A stretch of DNA of 63,652 bases from Bacteroidota bacterium (GTDB lineage Bacteria; Bacteroidota; Ignavibacteria; UBA10030; UBA8401). The translations under genes were made by a program, and so were the position numbers. The notes under the pieces are model-generated. The model had not been told where the DNA came from and did no database searches. It was given only the letters and a program-made list of their open reading frames with translations. The stretch spans positions 1 to 63,652 of the forward strand of contig JBMOHT010000004.1 of NCBI GenBank assembly GCA_049317705.1. The letters are read 5' to 3'. Below, piece after piece: positions 38,344-48,086 of this stretch. Every line of letters starts with the position of its first letter. Position 1 is the first letter of the stretch.

Positions 38344-38992
38344 GATCATCCGCATGCCCCGTTCACAGCGCGGTATCAGGATCGCTTCGGAGGAGTACGG
38401 TTCAGATATGCAGAACGGTTCCGCCGTCGTCAAAGGGACCGGTCACGAATCGATGCTGCAGTCGTTCAATCTGGTGAGCGAAGAGAAAGTGCGCGAAGCG
38501 TTCGAACATGGTATCGAAGAAGGAAGCCGGCGCACAACGGAACTGTTGCAGGACCAGTATTCGGAACGGATCGCGGAAGAATGCAGCCGCATCAATCAGG
38601 TGCTCGGTTCCATCCAGCGGTCGCTCTCGTCACAGTCAGCTCAGACCGAACAGGCATTGTTCGCATTTGCAGTGGGTGTTGCGGAACATATCATCCGCCG
38701 CGAAGTGGCACAGGACAAGGATATTCTGATGAATATCATGAAGGACGGAATCCGCAAGATCGTCGGTGTCGAACGGATGAAGGTCCGTTTGAATCCTTCC
38801 GATCTGAATTACATCCAGGAAAATAAGCACACCATCCAGTCCGTCTCGGATTCGCTCCGGGAGATCACCTTCGAACCGGACCAATCCGTCGAGCCGGGCG
38901 GATGCACCATCGAAAGCGATATCGGAAATGTGGATGCACGCATCTCAACTCAGCTGGACCAGGTGAAAGAACTCATCGGGAAACATTCATAA
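38330..38992 (+). CDS. fliH: Flagellar export protein FliH
   Basis: Position between fliG and fliI. C-terminal GGCTIESDIGNVDARISTQLDQV resembles the FliH C-terminal signature. Confidence 0.7.
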   Translation: MSSCEIIRMPRSQRGIRIASEEYGSDMQNGSAVVKGTGHESMLQSFNLVSEEKVREAFEHGIEEGSRRTTELLQDQYSERIAEECSRINQVLGSIQRSLSSQSAQTEQALFAFAVGVAEHIIRREVAQDKDILMNIMKDGIRKIVGVERMKVRLNPSDLNYIQENKHTIQSVSDSLREITFEPDQSVEPGGCTIESDIGNVDARISTQLDQVKELIGKHS

Positions 38993-39011
38993 GATAAAGA
39001 GGGATACGCAT

Positions 39012-39347
39012 ATGGAAATCGGAAAACGGATAGCCATCGACAGAGAATGCTGCGAAAAAGGACGTATGTGGAACGACTACATCATCCATTTGAGCAATGC
39101 ACTGCAGGTCGGCCGCATCCCGCTGTCGAAACTGCTCATCTCCTTTGATGTGCTCATCTCGCTCATCCATTACGGTGGCGAACGGCTGGATGCGCATGAA
39201 TATTGCCGCTTCCGCTCAGAGTCCGGCGAACCGGCGGATATCGAATCCATCCCGAATACGGATAAATACTATTTCTACACCTCCAATGATAAGATCGAGG
39301 TCATGGTGGATATGTTCGCTCATCCGGATACCGTTGAATTTGTATGA
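39012..39347 (+). CDS. Hypothetical 111-aa protein inserted between fliH and fliI
   Basis: An ATGA overlap couples it to the fliI start. No family recognised. Cys-containing N-terminus (RECCEKG). Confidence 0.45.
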   Translation: MEIGKRIAIDRECCEKGRMWNDYIIHLSNALQVGRIPLSKLLISFDVLISLIHYGGERLDAHEYCRFRSESGEPADIESIPNTDKYYFYTSNDKIEVMVDMFAHPDTVEFV

Positions 39348-40729
39348 TCGCACAGCTCCCACATCATCCTCCTGTTGAAGCGAATATGCTCTCCCAAAAG
39401 AGTGAGCATTTCCTTCATTTGATCCGCCGGAAGGACCTTCTGAAGATGAACGGCCGCGTCACGAAAGTGATCGGTCTCGTCATCGAATCGAACGGTCCGC
39501 ACGCTTCCATCGGCGAGGTCTGCATCGTGAAATCGAAGGATGATGTGGAATTGTCATTGTGCGAAGTGGTCGGGTTCCGCGAGAATAAAGTGCTCTCGAT
39601 GGTGCTCGGCGAAGCAAGCAATATCAGTCCCGGTTGCGAGATCGTCTCAACAGGACGACCGCTCACGGCCCGTGTCGGCGAAGCGCTGCTCGGCCGCGTG
39701 ATCGACGGTCTCGGGAATCCGCTGGACGGTAAAGGTCCCATCATGGCGACCGAAGAACGCTCCATCTACAATGCACCTCCGAATCCGCTCGAACGGAAAC
39801 GGATCACCAAACCGATCGCGACCGGTATCCGCTCCATCGATTCGCTCCGCACGCTTGGCAAAGGACAGCGTGTCGGTATCTTCGCCGGCTCCGGCGTCGG
39901 AAAGAGCGTCACGATGGGAATGATCGCACGGAATACCAGTGCGGATGTGAACGTGATCTGTCTTGTCGGCGAACGCGGACGCGAAGTAGGGGAATTCATC
40001 GAACGTGAACTCGGTCCGGAAGGATTGAAACGCTCCGTGGTGATCGTTGCGACCAGCGACAAATCGGCGCTCATCAGGATCAAATCGGTTTTTATTGCGA
40101 CAACGATCGCGGAATACTTCCGCGATAAAGGACAGGATGTGATGCTGATGATGGATTCCATCACCCGTCTTGCAATGTCGCAGCGTGAGGTCGGTCTCGC
40201 CATCGGCGAACCGCCGACAACAAAAGGATATACTCCGTCGGTCTTTGCGATGTTGCCCAAAGTATTGGAACGCGCAGGAACAGCGGCGAAAGGAAGTATC
40301 ACAGGATTATATACCGTGCTGGTGGAAGGTGATGATATGAACGATCCGGTAGCGGATACAGTCCGTTCCATTCTGGATGGTCACATCGTCCTCTCAAGAA
40401 GATTGGCGGCAGCAGGACACTATCCCGCCATCGATGTTCTCGGCAGCGTCAGCCGTGTGATGACATCCGTAACGACGGAAGAGCATCGGACAGTCGTTCA
40501 GAAATTCCTCGATACCATGGCAACGTATGCGGAAGCGGAGGATCTGATCAACATCGGTGCGTATGCAAAGGGAAGCAACCCGAAGATCGACGAATCCATC
40601 AAACGGATCGAATCGTACCGGAAGTTCCTGAGGCAGCAGGAGAATGATCATTGCACATTCGAGGACAGTCTCTCCAGACTCTCCACCGTTGTGATGAGAC
40701 CGTTAGAGGAAAAACATGATGCCAAGTAA
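39344..40729 (+). CDS. fliI: Flagellum-specific ATPase FliI
   Basis: Walker A GIFAGSGVGKS, Walker B VMLMMDSITR. F1/T3SS ATPase layout. Confidence 0.95.
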   Translation: MIAQLPHHPPVEANMLSQKSEHFLHLIRRKDLLKMNGRVTKVIGLVIESNGPHASIGEVCIVKSKDDVELSLCEVVGFRENKVLSMVLGEASNISPGCEIVSTGRPLTARVGEALLGRVIDGLGNPLDGKGPIMATEERSIYNAPPNPLERKRITKPIATGIRSIDSLRTLGKGQRVGIFAGSGVGKSVTMGMIARNTSADVNVICLVGERGREVGEFIERELGPEGLKRSVVIVATSDKSALIRIKSVFIATTIAEYFRDKGQDVMLMMDSITRLAMSQREVGLAIGEPPTTKGYTPSVFAMLPKVLERAGTAAKGSITGLYTVLVEGDDMNDPVADTVRSILDGHIVLSRRLAAAGHYPAIDVLGSVSRVMTSVTTEEHRTVVQKFLDTMATYAEAEDLINIGAYAKGSNPKIDESIKRIESYRKFLRQQENDHCTFEDSLSRLSTVVMRPLEEKHDAK

Positions 40730-41156
40730 ATCTGTCCGTTTCAACACGATCATCAACGTGCGTGAGCATCAGAAGAAACAGACGACCAAAGAATTATCGC
40801 AGATCTCACGGCAGAAGAAGGAAGAGACGGAAAAACTGAGCGATATGCACGACGAACACCATACGGCGATGACGTCATCATTCTCGTCGTCTCGTTCCAA
40901 GGCGACAGATGTTCAAACGAACAGTGCATTCATCAAACGGCTGGCAACGGATATCAAACATCAGACGACAAAAGTAGAGAAGATCACAGGACAGGAAGAG
41001 AACAAACGGGTGGAATTATTGGAGCGGGTGAAAGCAAAGACGGTCATCGAAAAACTTCAGGCAAAAGTGAACGAAGAGATTCGGATCGAAGCGGACAAGA
41101 AGGAACAGAACCTTTTGGATACTCTGGGACAACGGACGGTGGATAAGAACGCATGA
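40716..41156 (+). CDS. fliJ: Flagellar export chaperone FliJ
   Basis: 146-aa charged coiled-coil protein directly after fliI (RFNTIINVREHQKKQTTKEL). Confidence 0.7.
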   Translation: MMPSKSVRFNTIINVREHQKKQTTKELSQISRQKKEETEKLSDMHDEHHTAMTSSFSSSRSKATDVQTNSAFIKRLATDIKHQTTKVEKITGQEENKRVELLERVKAKTVIEKLQAKVNEEIRIEADKKEQNLLDTLGQRTVDKNA

Positions 41157-41668
41157 AGACTGCATTAGTGATCGGGATCGGTTCTCTCATGTCCATGCTG
41201 CTCATCGCCGGTATTTTCTTCGGCATGTTCAAAGCGAATCCGGCAGCGTTCGGGGTTGTTCCGCTGAATGAGACGGCAATTGCTGATTCACTCATGAGAA
41301 TGAAAAATGATTCCATCCTCACGGCATCGGTCAAGGCGGATTCGCTCAAAAAGGACAGTGTTTTTGCGGTCCAGGAAGCGGCAGTGAAACCGGAGTCAAA
41401 AGATGGAATAAAACCGGGCCAAAAAGCTGAAATAAAAACGGACGCGAAGAAGACAGAAGCGGCCAAGACGATCGTTTTCGAGGATACAACGGACTGGAAA
41501 TCCAAAGCGAAATTATTTGAAGCGATGAGCATCGAATCAGCATCATCCATCCTGCGAACGATGAATGACCATGAAGTGAAACTGATCATACCGCACATTA
41601 AAAAACGGAATGCAGCAAAAATATTGGCGACGTTCGATCCGGACCGCGCCGCCAGGATCATAAGGTAG
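41153..41668 (+). CDS. MotE/YlxF-like flagellar protein (MgtE-N-like C-terminal region)
   Basis: N-terminal TM. C-terminal FEAMSIESASSILRTMNDHEVKLIIPHIKKRNAAKILATFDPDRAARI. Same slot as ylxF between fliJ and fliK in Bacillus-type operons. Confidence 0.5.
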   Translation: MKTALVIGIGSLMSMLLIAGIFFGMFKANPAAFGVVPLNETAIADSLMRMKNDSILTASVKADSLKKDSVFAVQEAAVKPESKDGIKPGQKAEIKTDAKKTEAAKTIVFEDTTDWKSKAKLFEAMSIESASSILRTMNDHEVKLIIPHIKKRNAAKILATFDPDRAARIIR

Positions 41669-41674
41669 GAAACT

Positions 41675-43342
41675 ATGACGACGAATGTTCTGTCCATCGG
41701 CTCCGCAGCAGTTTCCAAAAAGAATATCATCGGTGCCTCCGCCGAGATCTCCGCGGAAGGGACCGTGACGCCTCAGGATGCGAATCCATCCGATACTCCG
41801 TTCCTTCCCATGTTCCTGCAGATGCTTTTTGTGCAGAGCCAGATCAAACCGGTGAAGGATGTTCCGACTGATCTGCCCGGACAAGCGACCGAAGCTTCGG
41901 TTGAAGGGACCGGTGCAGCCGTAGAAGTGCCGACGGAATCAGCGCCGACGATCTCCATCCTAGCCGGAAGTATCGATGGGCTTACCCGTCTCACCATGGA
42001 AAAGACACAGCCGGCAATGGATGCACTGAAATCCCAGCTTGCACAGACACAGCGTCCGCGGGACGGACAGGATGCATCCATGATCCTTCCGTCACTCTTC
42101 GGAAAGAATATGAGAATGCCCGTCGCGAATGTACACGATATCATTCAGGCGATCTCTTTCAACGGGAATCCACAGGCACTCGGGAAACCGACGGAACTGA
42201 AAGCGAATGATCAGTCTGCCATCACGCTTGATGCAGAGGGAGTGAAAGAACAGACAGCACGTCAGCTGCTCGCGTCTCTCACGAACAGTATCGATTCAAT
42301 ATCCGACCTTAAACCGACACCGGTAGAAGGAGTTTCCGAATCCGCAGCAATTGAAAATGAAACCATCGAACTTGATCTCAAGAAGACCCCGGCGGCCTCA
42401 ACAGCTCCGGCAGCGGAGATAAAACGTCCGAGCATTGAATCTGCCGCATCAGCAGTGAATGCATTCAAAAAAGAAATGGATGAAGCAGTTTCGGCTGCAG
42501 CAAAGGCACTCTCGGAGATCGCTTCCGTGAAGAGCGCTGTAGAGTCTGAACCGTCTGCGGAACAGCCGCGTGTTGTTGCAGAATATACTCCCCAGGTGCA
42601 GCAGTCAAAACCCTCAGGTGAACGGACCGTTGAGAAAAAAGGAAAATCGGTCCGCGCATTCTCCGAAGAGCGTACGGTGACGAGCGAGAAACAGAATGTG
42701 AAAGAACAGGAACCGGTCGCTCCGGCAGCGAAAAGCGAGAACGAAACGGCAAAGGATGGAACATCCGAAGACCGGCGCGTTGTTACTGAGCGTCAGCCGC
42801 AGCAGGCACTGAAAACAGAAGTGAAAGAATATCAGAGGACAGCAGCAGAGGTCGAGGTCGGAACAGTGAAAGCTCCGTCAGGACTCGCCGATGTCCGCCG
42901 TACTGAAGGCGTACATACAGGAGCATTCAAACCGGAGACGGTCCGCTCCATGATGGAACAATTGTCCAAAGGTGTTGCAGTCGCAGTGAATGAGAATCGT
43001 TCAGAGATGAAGATCGTGCTCCATCCCGAAGCGCTCGGCGAAGTGACGGTGCGTGTGCAGGTTGAGGAAGGAAAGGTCTCGGCGAAGATGGACGTTCAGC
43101 AGGTGCAGGTGAAGAATACCATCGAAGCGAATATGCCGCAGCTGCGTGAAGCACTTACGTCGCGCGGGTTGACGATGGAAAGCATCGAGATCTCCACTGC
43201 GCAGAACGGACTCGCCGACGGAACAACGAAGCAGCAGCAGAACAGGTCCGGCAAGCGCTCGCAGAACGGTTTCGAACTTGTTGAGGAAGAAGAGGATATC
43301 GTGAAGATGTATGGATACAATACGGTCGAGTATACGGTATAA
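41675..43342 (+). CDS. fliK: Flagellar hook-length control protein FliK
   Basis: Long low-complexity protein. C-terminal EMKIVLHPEALGEVTVRVQVEEGKVSAKMDVQQVQVKNTIEANMPQLREAL matches the Flg_hook domain pattern. Confidence 0.8.
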   Translation: MTTNVLSIGSAAVSKKNIIGASAEISAEGTVTPQDANPSDTPFLPMFLQMLFVQSQIKPVKDVPTDLPGQATEASVEGTGAAVEVPTESAPTISILAGSIDGLTRLTMEKTQPAMDALKSQLAQTQRPRDGQDASMILPSLFGKNMRMPVANVHDIIQAISFNGNPQALGKPTELKANDQSAITLDAEGVKEQTARQLLASLTNSIDSISDLKPTPVEGVSESAAIENETIELDLKKTPAASTAPAAEIKRPSIESAASAVNAFKKEMDEAVSAAAKALSEIASVKSAVESEPSAEQPRVVAEYTPQVQQSKPSGERTVEKKGKSVRAFSEERTVTSEKQNVKEQEPVAPAAKSENETAKDGTSEDRRVVTERQPQQALKTEVKEYQRTAAEVEVGTVKAPSGLADVRRTEGVHTGAFKPETVRSMMEQLSKGVAVAVNENRSEMKIVLHPEALGEVTVRVQVEEGKVSAKMDVQQVQVKNTIEANMPQLREALTSRGLTMESIEISTAQNGLADGTTKQQQNRSGKRSQNGFELVEEEEDIVKMYGYNTVEYTV

Positions 43343-43383
43343 TATTCTTGATGCTATTGAAAAACATTTCTCGAAAAGGCGCG

Positions 43384-43429
43384 AAGACGGCAAAAAAAAT
43401 ATTAACAATTCTCTGCGACTTTGCGTCTT
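43384..43429. repeat. Imperfect inverted repeat (aagacg(g)caaa ... tttgcgtctt) in the fliK-flgD spacer
   Basis: 10-bp stem with one bulge and a 25-nt loop. The aagac/caaag-rich sequence echoes 117-160 at the window start. Confidence 0.4.
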
Positions 43430-43480
43430 TGCGAGAGACACGAGATACGAACGAAGCTTTGACAATGTAAAGGAAAATAC

Positions 43481-44146
43481 ATGACAACAATGGATGTCAT
43501 TAATTCGGTCAACTCTAATCCGCGCACGCCGAAAAATACGCTCGGCAAGCAGGACTTCCTGAATCTGCTCGTATCGCAGATGCAGAACCAGGATCCCCTC
43601 GATCCGATGAAAGGGACCGAATTTGCGGCACAATTGGCACAATTCAGCTCATTGGAGCAGTTGACCAATTTGAATACGACCATGACAACGAGTGTGGATG
43701 CGAATGCGATCCTGACGCAGTCGATCAACAACGGATTGTCCGCCACATTCATCGGCAAGGATGTCCGCGCAGCTGTGGATACGTTCCAATATACCGGGGA
43801 CGGGGATGTGAAGATCGGGTATGATCTGCCGTCCGAAGCGAAGACCGTCACCGTGAAGATCTACGACAGTAACGGAACGCTCGTGAAGACGATGAATTCC
43901 GATACGGATAAAGGACAGAATTCCCTGACGTGGGACGGCACATCGGATAATAATTCACATGTCGCATCGGGAAAATATTCCTTTAAAGTGGAAGCGGTGG
44001 GTATGGACGGAAAAGCACTCACGGCAGACAAATACGTGTTCGGCAACATCTCAGGCGTACGCTTCAAAGCCGAAGGAACGGTCTTCGTCATCGACGGAAT
44101 GGAGATCGCCCTCGGGAATATTCTTGAAATAATGGAAGGAGGATAA
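43481..44146 (+). CDS. flgD: Flagellar hook capping/assembly protein FlgD
   Basis: LGKQDFLNLLVSQMQNQDPLDPMKGTEFAAQLAQFSSLEQL. Confidence 0.93.
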   Translation: MTTMDVINSVNSNPRTPKNTLGKQDFLNLLVSQMQNQDPLDPMKGTEFAAQLAQFSSLEQLTNLNTTMTTSVDANAILTQSINNGLSATFIGKDVRAAVDTFQYTGDGDVKIGYDLPSEAKTVTVKIYDSNGTLVKTMNSDTDKGQNSLTWDGTSDNNSHVASGKYSFKVEAVGMDGKALTADKYVFGNISGVRFKAEGTVFVIDGMEIALGNILEIMEGG

Positions 44147-44150
44147 ATAT

Positions 44151-44540
44151 ATGTCTGATTCCTATGTGAACGGAGTCAGGGTTCCGTTCGTGCCCGTGGT
44201 CGGCACGACGAGTACCGGTTCGCGGATGCCCGCGGAAGTGAGCGGAGAGAATTCGTTCAAGAAGGTATTCGAAAAAGAACTCCAGCAGCTGAAGTATTCC
44301 AAGCACGCACAGCAGAGACTGGAATCCCGCAACATCGAACTGAATGAAGCGGATAGATCCAAGATCGAGAACGCTGTGAACCGTGCGGAGGAAAAAGGTT
44401 CCAATGATTCACTCGTCTTTTTACGCGACATGGCGTTCATCGTGAACGTGAAGAACCGGACGGTCGTTACGGCGATCGACCGCGAGAATCTTCAGAACAA
44501 TGTCTTCACGAACATCGACAGCGCAGTCGTAGCAGGATAA
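44151..44540 (+). CDS. Flagellar operon protein (the small family found between flgD and flgE in Firmicute/spirochaete-type operons)
   Basis: SKHAQQRLESRNIELNEADRSKIENAVNRAEEKGSNDSLVFLRDMAFIVNVKNRTVVTAI matches my recollection of that family (TIGR02530-like). Confidence 0.6.
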   Translation: MSDSYVNGVRVPFVPVVGTTSTGSRMPAEVSGENSFKKVFEKELQQLKYSKHAQQRLESRNIELNEADRSKIENAVNRAEEKGSNDSLVFLRDMAFIVNVKNRTVVTAIDRENLQNNVFTNIDSAVVAG

Positions 44541-44578
44541 ACGGTTTTGTAATTCAATTAACTAACATCGGGCTGGCC

Positions 44579-44665
44579 CTTTCTTCGTGCCGAATGCACG
44601 GAGAAGGAAGCCCCTCTCTGCCTGACTTCAGGCAGGCGTCAGATTGACCGACTGATATCTGACGC
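44579..44665 (+). promoter_or_regulatory. Structured leader of flgE: three consecutive hairpins
   Basis: H1 44579-44607 has a 12-bp stem including 2 G-U pairs. H2 44618-44635 is ctgcctga/tcaggcag. H3 44636-44665 is gcgtcagat/atctgacgc. ACGGAG occurs in H1 and again at the SD. Confidence 0.4.
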
Positions 44666-44698
44666 GGATCAACTACCTACATAACGGAGGGTACTACT

Positions 44699-45964
44699 AT
44701 GGCATTTCTAAGATCTCTTTCGGCAGGCGTCACCGGGCTGCGTAACCACACAATGATGATGGACGTTATCGGTAATAACGTCGCCAACATCAACACCATC
44801 GGTTTCAAAGGAAGCAGGATCACATTCGGCGAAATGTTCGCACAGACGCTGCGCGGTTCCGCGAGCGGTACTGCGACCAACGGCGGCACGAATCCGATGC
44901 AGATCGGACTCGGCGCATCCGTCCTTTCCATCGACACAGTATTCAAACAAGGCGGTATCGAATTGACCGGCGGTGAAGGCGATCTCGCCATCTCCGGCAA
45001 CGGATTCTTTGTGGTGAACAAAGGAGGCAAACCGTTCTATACACGCATCGGCGCATTCAGCGTTGATGACCAGGGACGATTGACCCAGGGGGGTGCGATC
45101 CTTCAGGGAAAAGTTGCTGACCAGCTCGGGAATGTTTCCAGCGGAACAAAACTGCAGGACTTGAAGATCGACCTCGACAGAAAATCCCCGGCGAAAGCGA
45201 CATCCATTGCGAAGTTCTCCGGTAATTTGGATCCCGATGCAAAGATCGGTGATACCACGGATTCATCCGTGACGATCTATGATTCACAGGGAAATGCTAT
45301 GTCCCTCAATTTGACATTCACGAAGACAGCGACCGATAACTCGTGGACATGGCAGGCCACTGTTCCTCCGCCAACCACCGCGACGATTCCCTCCGGCGGA
45401 TCAGGCACCGTTACATTCGATACGCTGGGCGCACTTTCCGGAATGACGTTCGACGACGGTTCAACAACGCTCGGAATTGCAACGGGAAAGGGAACGGATG
45501 ATCTTGCCATCGAACTGAATTTCGGTATCGCCGGTGAGTATAAAGGCATCACACAGAACAGCGGCACAATGTCCGTTACTTCACGTGAACAGAACGGATA
45601 TGCAGCGGGTGAAATGACCGAATGGAAGATCGATCCTTCGGGCAAGATCAATGCAACGTTTAAGAATGGTCAGACCATTACACTCGGGCAGGTGATGCTT
45701 GCCGAGTTCAACAATCCGAACGGTCTGTCACGTTCCGGCGACGGTCTCTTCGATGTCTCCGCCAACTCCGGTATTCCCGTGATCATCGAAGCAGGCGGTT
45801 CATCCCGTTCCAGCATCGCATCAGGCGCTCTTGAACAATCGAACGTGGACCTTCCCGAAGAGTTCACGAAGATGATCGTCGCTCAGCGCGGTTTCCAATC
45901 CAACGCCCGTGTCATCACTACCAGTGATGAGATCCTCAACGAGATCGTTAATTTGAAACGCTGA
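44699..45964 (+). CDS. flgE: Flagellar hook protein FlgE
   Basis: MAFLRSLSAGVTGLRNHTMMMDVIGNNVANINTIGFKGSR...ALEQSNVDLPEEFTKMIVAQRGFQSNARVITTSDEIL. Confidence 0.95.
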   Translation: MAFLRSLSAGVTGLRNHTMMMDVIGNNVANINTIGFKGSRITFGEMFAQTLRGSASGTATNGGTNPMQIGLGASVLSIDTVFKQGGIELTGGEGDLAISGNGFFVVNKGGKPFYTRIGAFSVDDQGRLTQGGAILQGKVADQLGNVSSGTKLQDLKIDLDRKSPAKATSIAKFSGNLDPDAKIGDTTDSSVTIYDSQGNAMSLNLTFTKTATDNSWTWQATVPPPTTATIPSGGSGTVTFDTLGALSGMTFDDGSTTLGIATGKGTDDLAIELNFGIAGEYKGITQNSGTMSVTSREQNGYAAGEMTEWKIDPSGKINATFKNGQTITLGQVMLAEFNNPNGLSRSGDGLFDVSANSGIPVIIEAGGSSRSSIASGALEQSNVDLPEEFTKMIVAQRGFQSNARVITTSDEILNEIVNLKR

Positions 45965-45977
45965 TCTAATTAAGAAT

Positions 45978-46008
45978 GGGCGGTCGTAACAGACCGCCCG
46001 CTCTTTTT
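45978..46008 (+). terminator. Rho-independent terminator after flgE
   Basis: gggcggtc-gtaaca-gaccgccc followed by gctcttttt. Confidence 0.8.
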
Positions 46009-46113
46009 ATCCTCACATGGCCGATATTAGCCATGGTGAGGTTTTGGAGTTTATGAAAACCCCAAAAAACACAGCAAAACCCTCGTTTTTAGCGTTTTTC
46101 CCCAGTTTCCACA

Positions 46114-46129
46114 TGGCATACCCTTTGCA
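46114..46129 (+). promoter_or_regulatory. Sigma-54 type -24/-12 promoter upstream of fliL
   Basis: TGGCATACCCTTTGCA has exact consensus spacing. It lies 29 nt upstream of the fliL ATG 46158 and downstream of the flgE terminator. Confidence 0.65.
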
Positions 46130-46157
46130 GAATGTCCAGTAACAAGGAGAGTATGTT

Positions 46158-46691
46158 ATGGCAAAAGAAGCAGCCCCCGCAGCAGCACCGGCAGCCGCCG
46201 CCGCAGCACCGGCACCCAAAGAATCGATGTCCATTCAAAAGATCCTGATGATCGGTATTCCCATCGTTTTGGTACAAGTGATTCTGATGTACTTCGTTTT
46301 TGTGAAATTCATCGCGCCTTCCATGTCGCAGCCCCAGCACGGTGCAGCAGCAGCGGAACATGAAGCGGCCCCAGAAGCGAAAGAAGAAGCGACCCAGGTA
46401 CTGGTGATCAAAGATCTTATCATCAATCCCGCAGGAACGAACGGAACGCGGTTCCTTCTGACGACCGTCGGTTTGGAAGTGCCCGGAATTGAGATCAAAG
46501 CGGAATTGGAGCAGAAAGAGATCCAGACACGGGATATTCTGAATTCGGTATTGACAAGCAAAGGATTGGACGAATTGACCATTCCTGAATTCAAAGAATC
46601 GCTCCGGAAAGAGATCCTCGAAAAACTGAACGCAAATCTGAAGACCGGCAAGATCAAAAACGTGTATTTCAGCAAGTTCATCATTCAATAG
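46158..46691 (+). CDS. fliL: Flagellar basal body-associated protein FliL
   Basis: Ala/Pro-rich N-terminus, single TM, IKDLIINPAGTNGTRFLLTTVGLEV...KIKNVYFSKFIIQ. Confidence 0.85.
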   Translation: MAKEAAPAAAPAAAAAAPAPKESMSIQKILMIGIPIVLVQVILMYFVFVKFIAPSMSQPQHGAAAAEHEAAPEAKEEATQVLVIKDLIINPAGTNGTRFLLTTVGLEVPGIEIKAELEQKEIQTRDILNSVLTSKGLDELTIPEFKESLRKEILEKLNANLKTGKIKNVYFSKFIIQ

Positions 46692-46718
46692 TTCAACAGT
46701 ACACTGGACAGATAGAAC

Positions 46719-47714
46719 ATGGCCGAGATATTATCACAACAAGAGATCGACAGTCTGCTCGCCGGCATCAACAGCGGGTCGGTGGACGTTTCCACTCCGA
46801 AAGAGAATTCATACTCATCGAAGTCGGATAAAGATATCCTCACATTCGATTTCCGTCTTCCGCACCGTTTGTCAAAGAATCAGATGCGGACACTTCAGGC
46901 GGTGCATGAGAGTTTCGCAGAAACGCTCAGCTCATTCCTGATCAACAGACTGCAGACGACGGTCAGTATCAATGTCGCATCCATCGATCAGTTGTTCTAC
47001 TCCGAATTCGTTCTGTCTATCGGCAATCCCAGCTGTCTTTACGTATTTCGCATCGTCGAGTCCGACGCATTCGCGGTCCTCGAACTGAATCCCCAGCTCG
47101 TGCTCTCCATCGTCTCGCGCTTGCTCGGCGGACCGATCGGGGAAGAGAAGACCCCGCGTCTCCTCACACAGATCGAACAGACCATCATCCGCGGCATCAC
47201 GCAGCGGGCTGTCTCCGATCTGCAGAAAGCATGGAAGACTATCGCTCCGTTCACTTTCCAGATGGAACGGTATGAGACGGAAGGTGAGTTCGTGCAGATC
47301 GCACCCGCAAGCGAAATTATCCTGCTTGTCTCGTTTGAAGTGACCATCAGCGATCAGAAATTCATGATGAACATCTGCTTCCCGACATTTGCGTTGGAAG
47401 ATGAACTGGCAAAGCTGAACGCCGGTTCCATGAATGCCATCGCAATGTCGCATGCAAAAAAAGGATGGAGCAATACCATGGCACGGAAGATCGCTCAGAC
47501 AACACTTCCGATCTCCGTCGTACTCGGCACGGCAAATCTTACGGTGAAGGAGCTTGCGGAACTGACCCCTGGCGATGTCATCAAAACGAATATCTCCGCG
47601 AGCGGTGAGGTCTGTGTGGACATCTCCGGCGCGACCCGCTTTTTTGGTAAGCCGGGCGTATCGAACGGCAAAGTTGCCGTGAAGATCGAACGGACAAATA
47701 CAAATGTGCATTAG
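46719..47714 (+). CDS. fliM: Flagellar motor switch protein FliM
   Basis: N-terminal CheY-P binding motif LSQQEIDSLL. FDFRLPHRLSKNQMRTLQAVHESFAE. Confidence 0.95.
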   Translation: MAEILSQQEIDSLLAGINSGSVDVSTPKENSYSSKSDKDILTFDFRLPHRLSKNQMRTLQAVHESFAETLSSFLINRLQTTVSINVASIDQLFYSEFVLSIGNPSCLYVFRIVESDAFAVLELNPQLVLSIVSRLLGGPIGEEKTPRLLTQIEQTIIRGITQRAVSDLQKAWKTIAPFTFQMERYETEGEFVQIAPASEIILLVSFEVTISDQKFMMNICFPTFALEDELAKLNAGSMNAIAMSHAKKGWSNTMARKIAQTTLPISVVLGTANLTVKELAELTPGDVIKTNISASGEVCVDISGATRFFGKPGVSNGKVAVKIERTNTNVH

Positions 47715-47728
47715 AAGGATCAGTCACC

Positions 47729-48085
47729 ATGGATGAACAGAGCATAGAAGAGCAAATGGCCGCAGCAGTGGCCGCAGAACTTGCAGCGCAGGAACAACAG
47801 CAGGCTCCGGTGAAAGAGAAGGACCTGAAGATCGACCTTCTGTTCGATCTCTCGCTGCAGGTCTCCATCGAACTCGGCAGGACCAAGATGCTCATCAAAG
47901 ACATTTTGGAACTGCAGCGCGGTTCGGTGATCGAACTGGAAAAACTGGCGAGCGAACCGGTGGACATTCTGGTGAACGGCAAGAAGGTCGCCGAAGGGGA
48001 AGTGGTCGTTATCGAGAAACATTTCGGTATCCGTATCACATCACTCATCGAAACATCGGAACGTATCAAGAATCTCGGGGCATAA
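47729..48085 (+). CDS. fliN: Flagellar motor switch protein FliN
   Basis: LLFDLSLQVSIELGRTKMLIKDILELQRGSVIELEKLASEPVDILVNGKKVAEGEVVV. Confidence 0.93.
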   Translation: MDEQSIEEQMAAAVAAELAAQEQQQAPVKEKDLKIDLLFDLSLQVSIELGRTKMLIKDILELQRGSVIELEKLASEPVDILVNGKKVAEGEVVVIEKHFGIRITSLIETSERIKNLGA

Positions 48086-48086
48086 G

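Noticed and set aside
44573-44588. CTGGCCCTTTCTTCGT upstream of flgE as a sigma-54 promoter
   Set aside because: The -12 region reads TCGT rather than TTGC, and the sequence is part of hairpin 1 of the leader.
46020-46027. GCCGATAT, a sigma-28 (FliA/SigD) -10-like box upstream of fliL
   Set aside because: No TAAA -35 element lies 15-16 nt upstream. The box sits in the loop of the hairpin 46011-46041. The sigma-54 site at 46114 is a much better fit.
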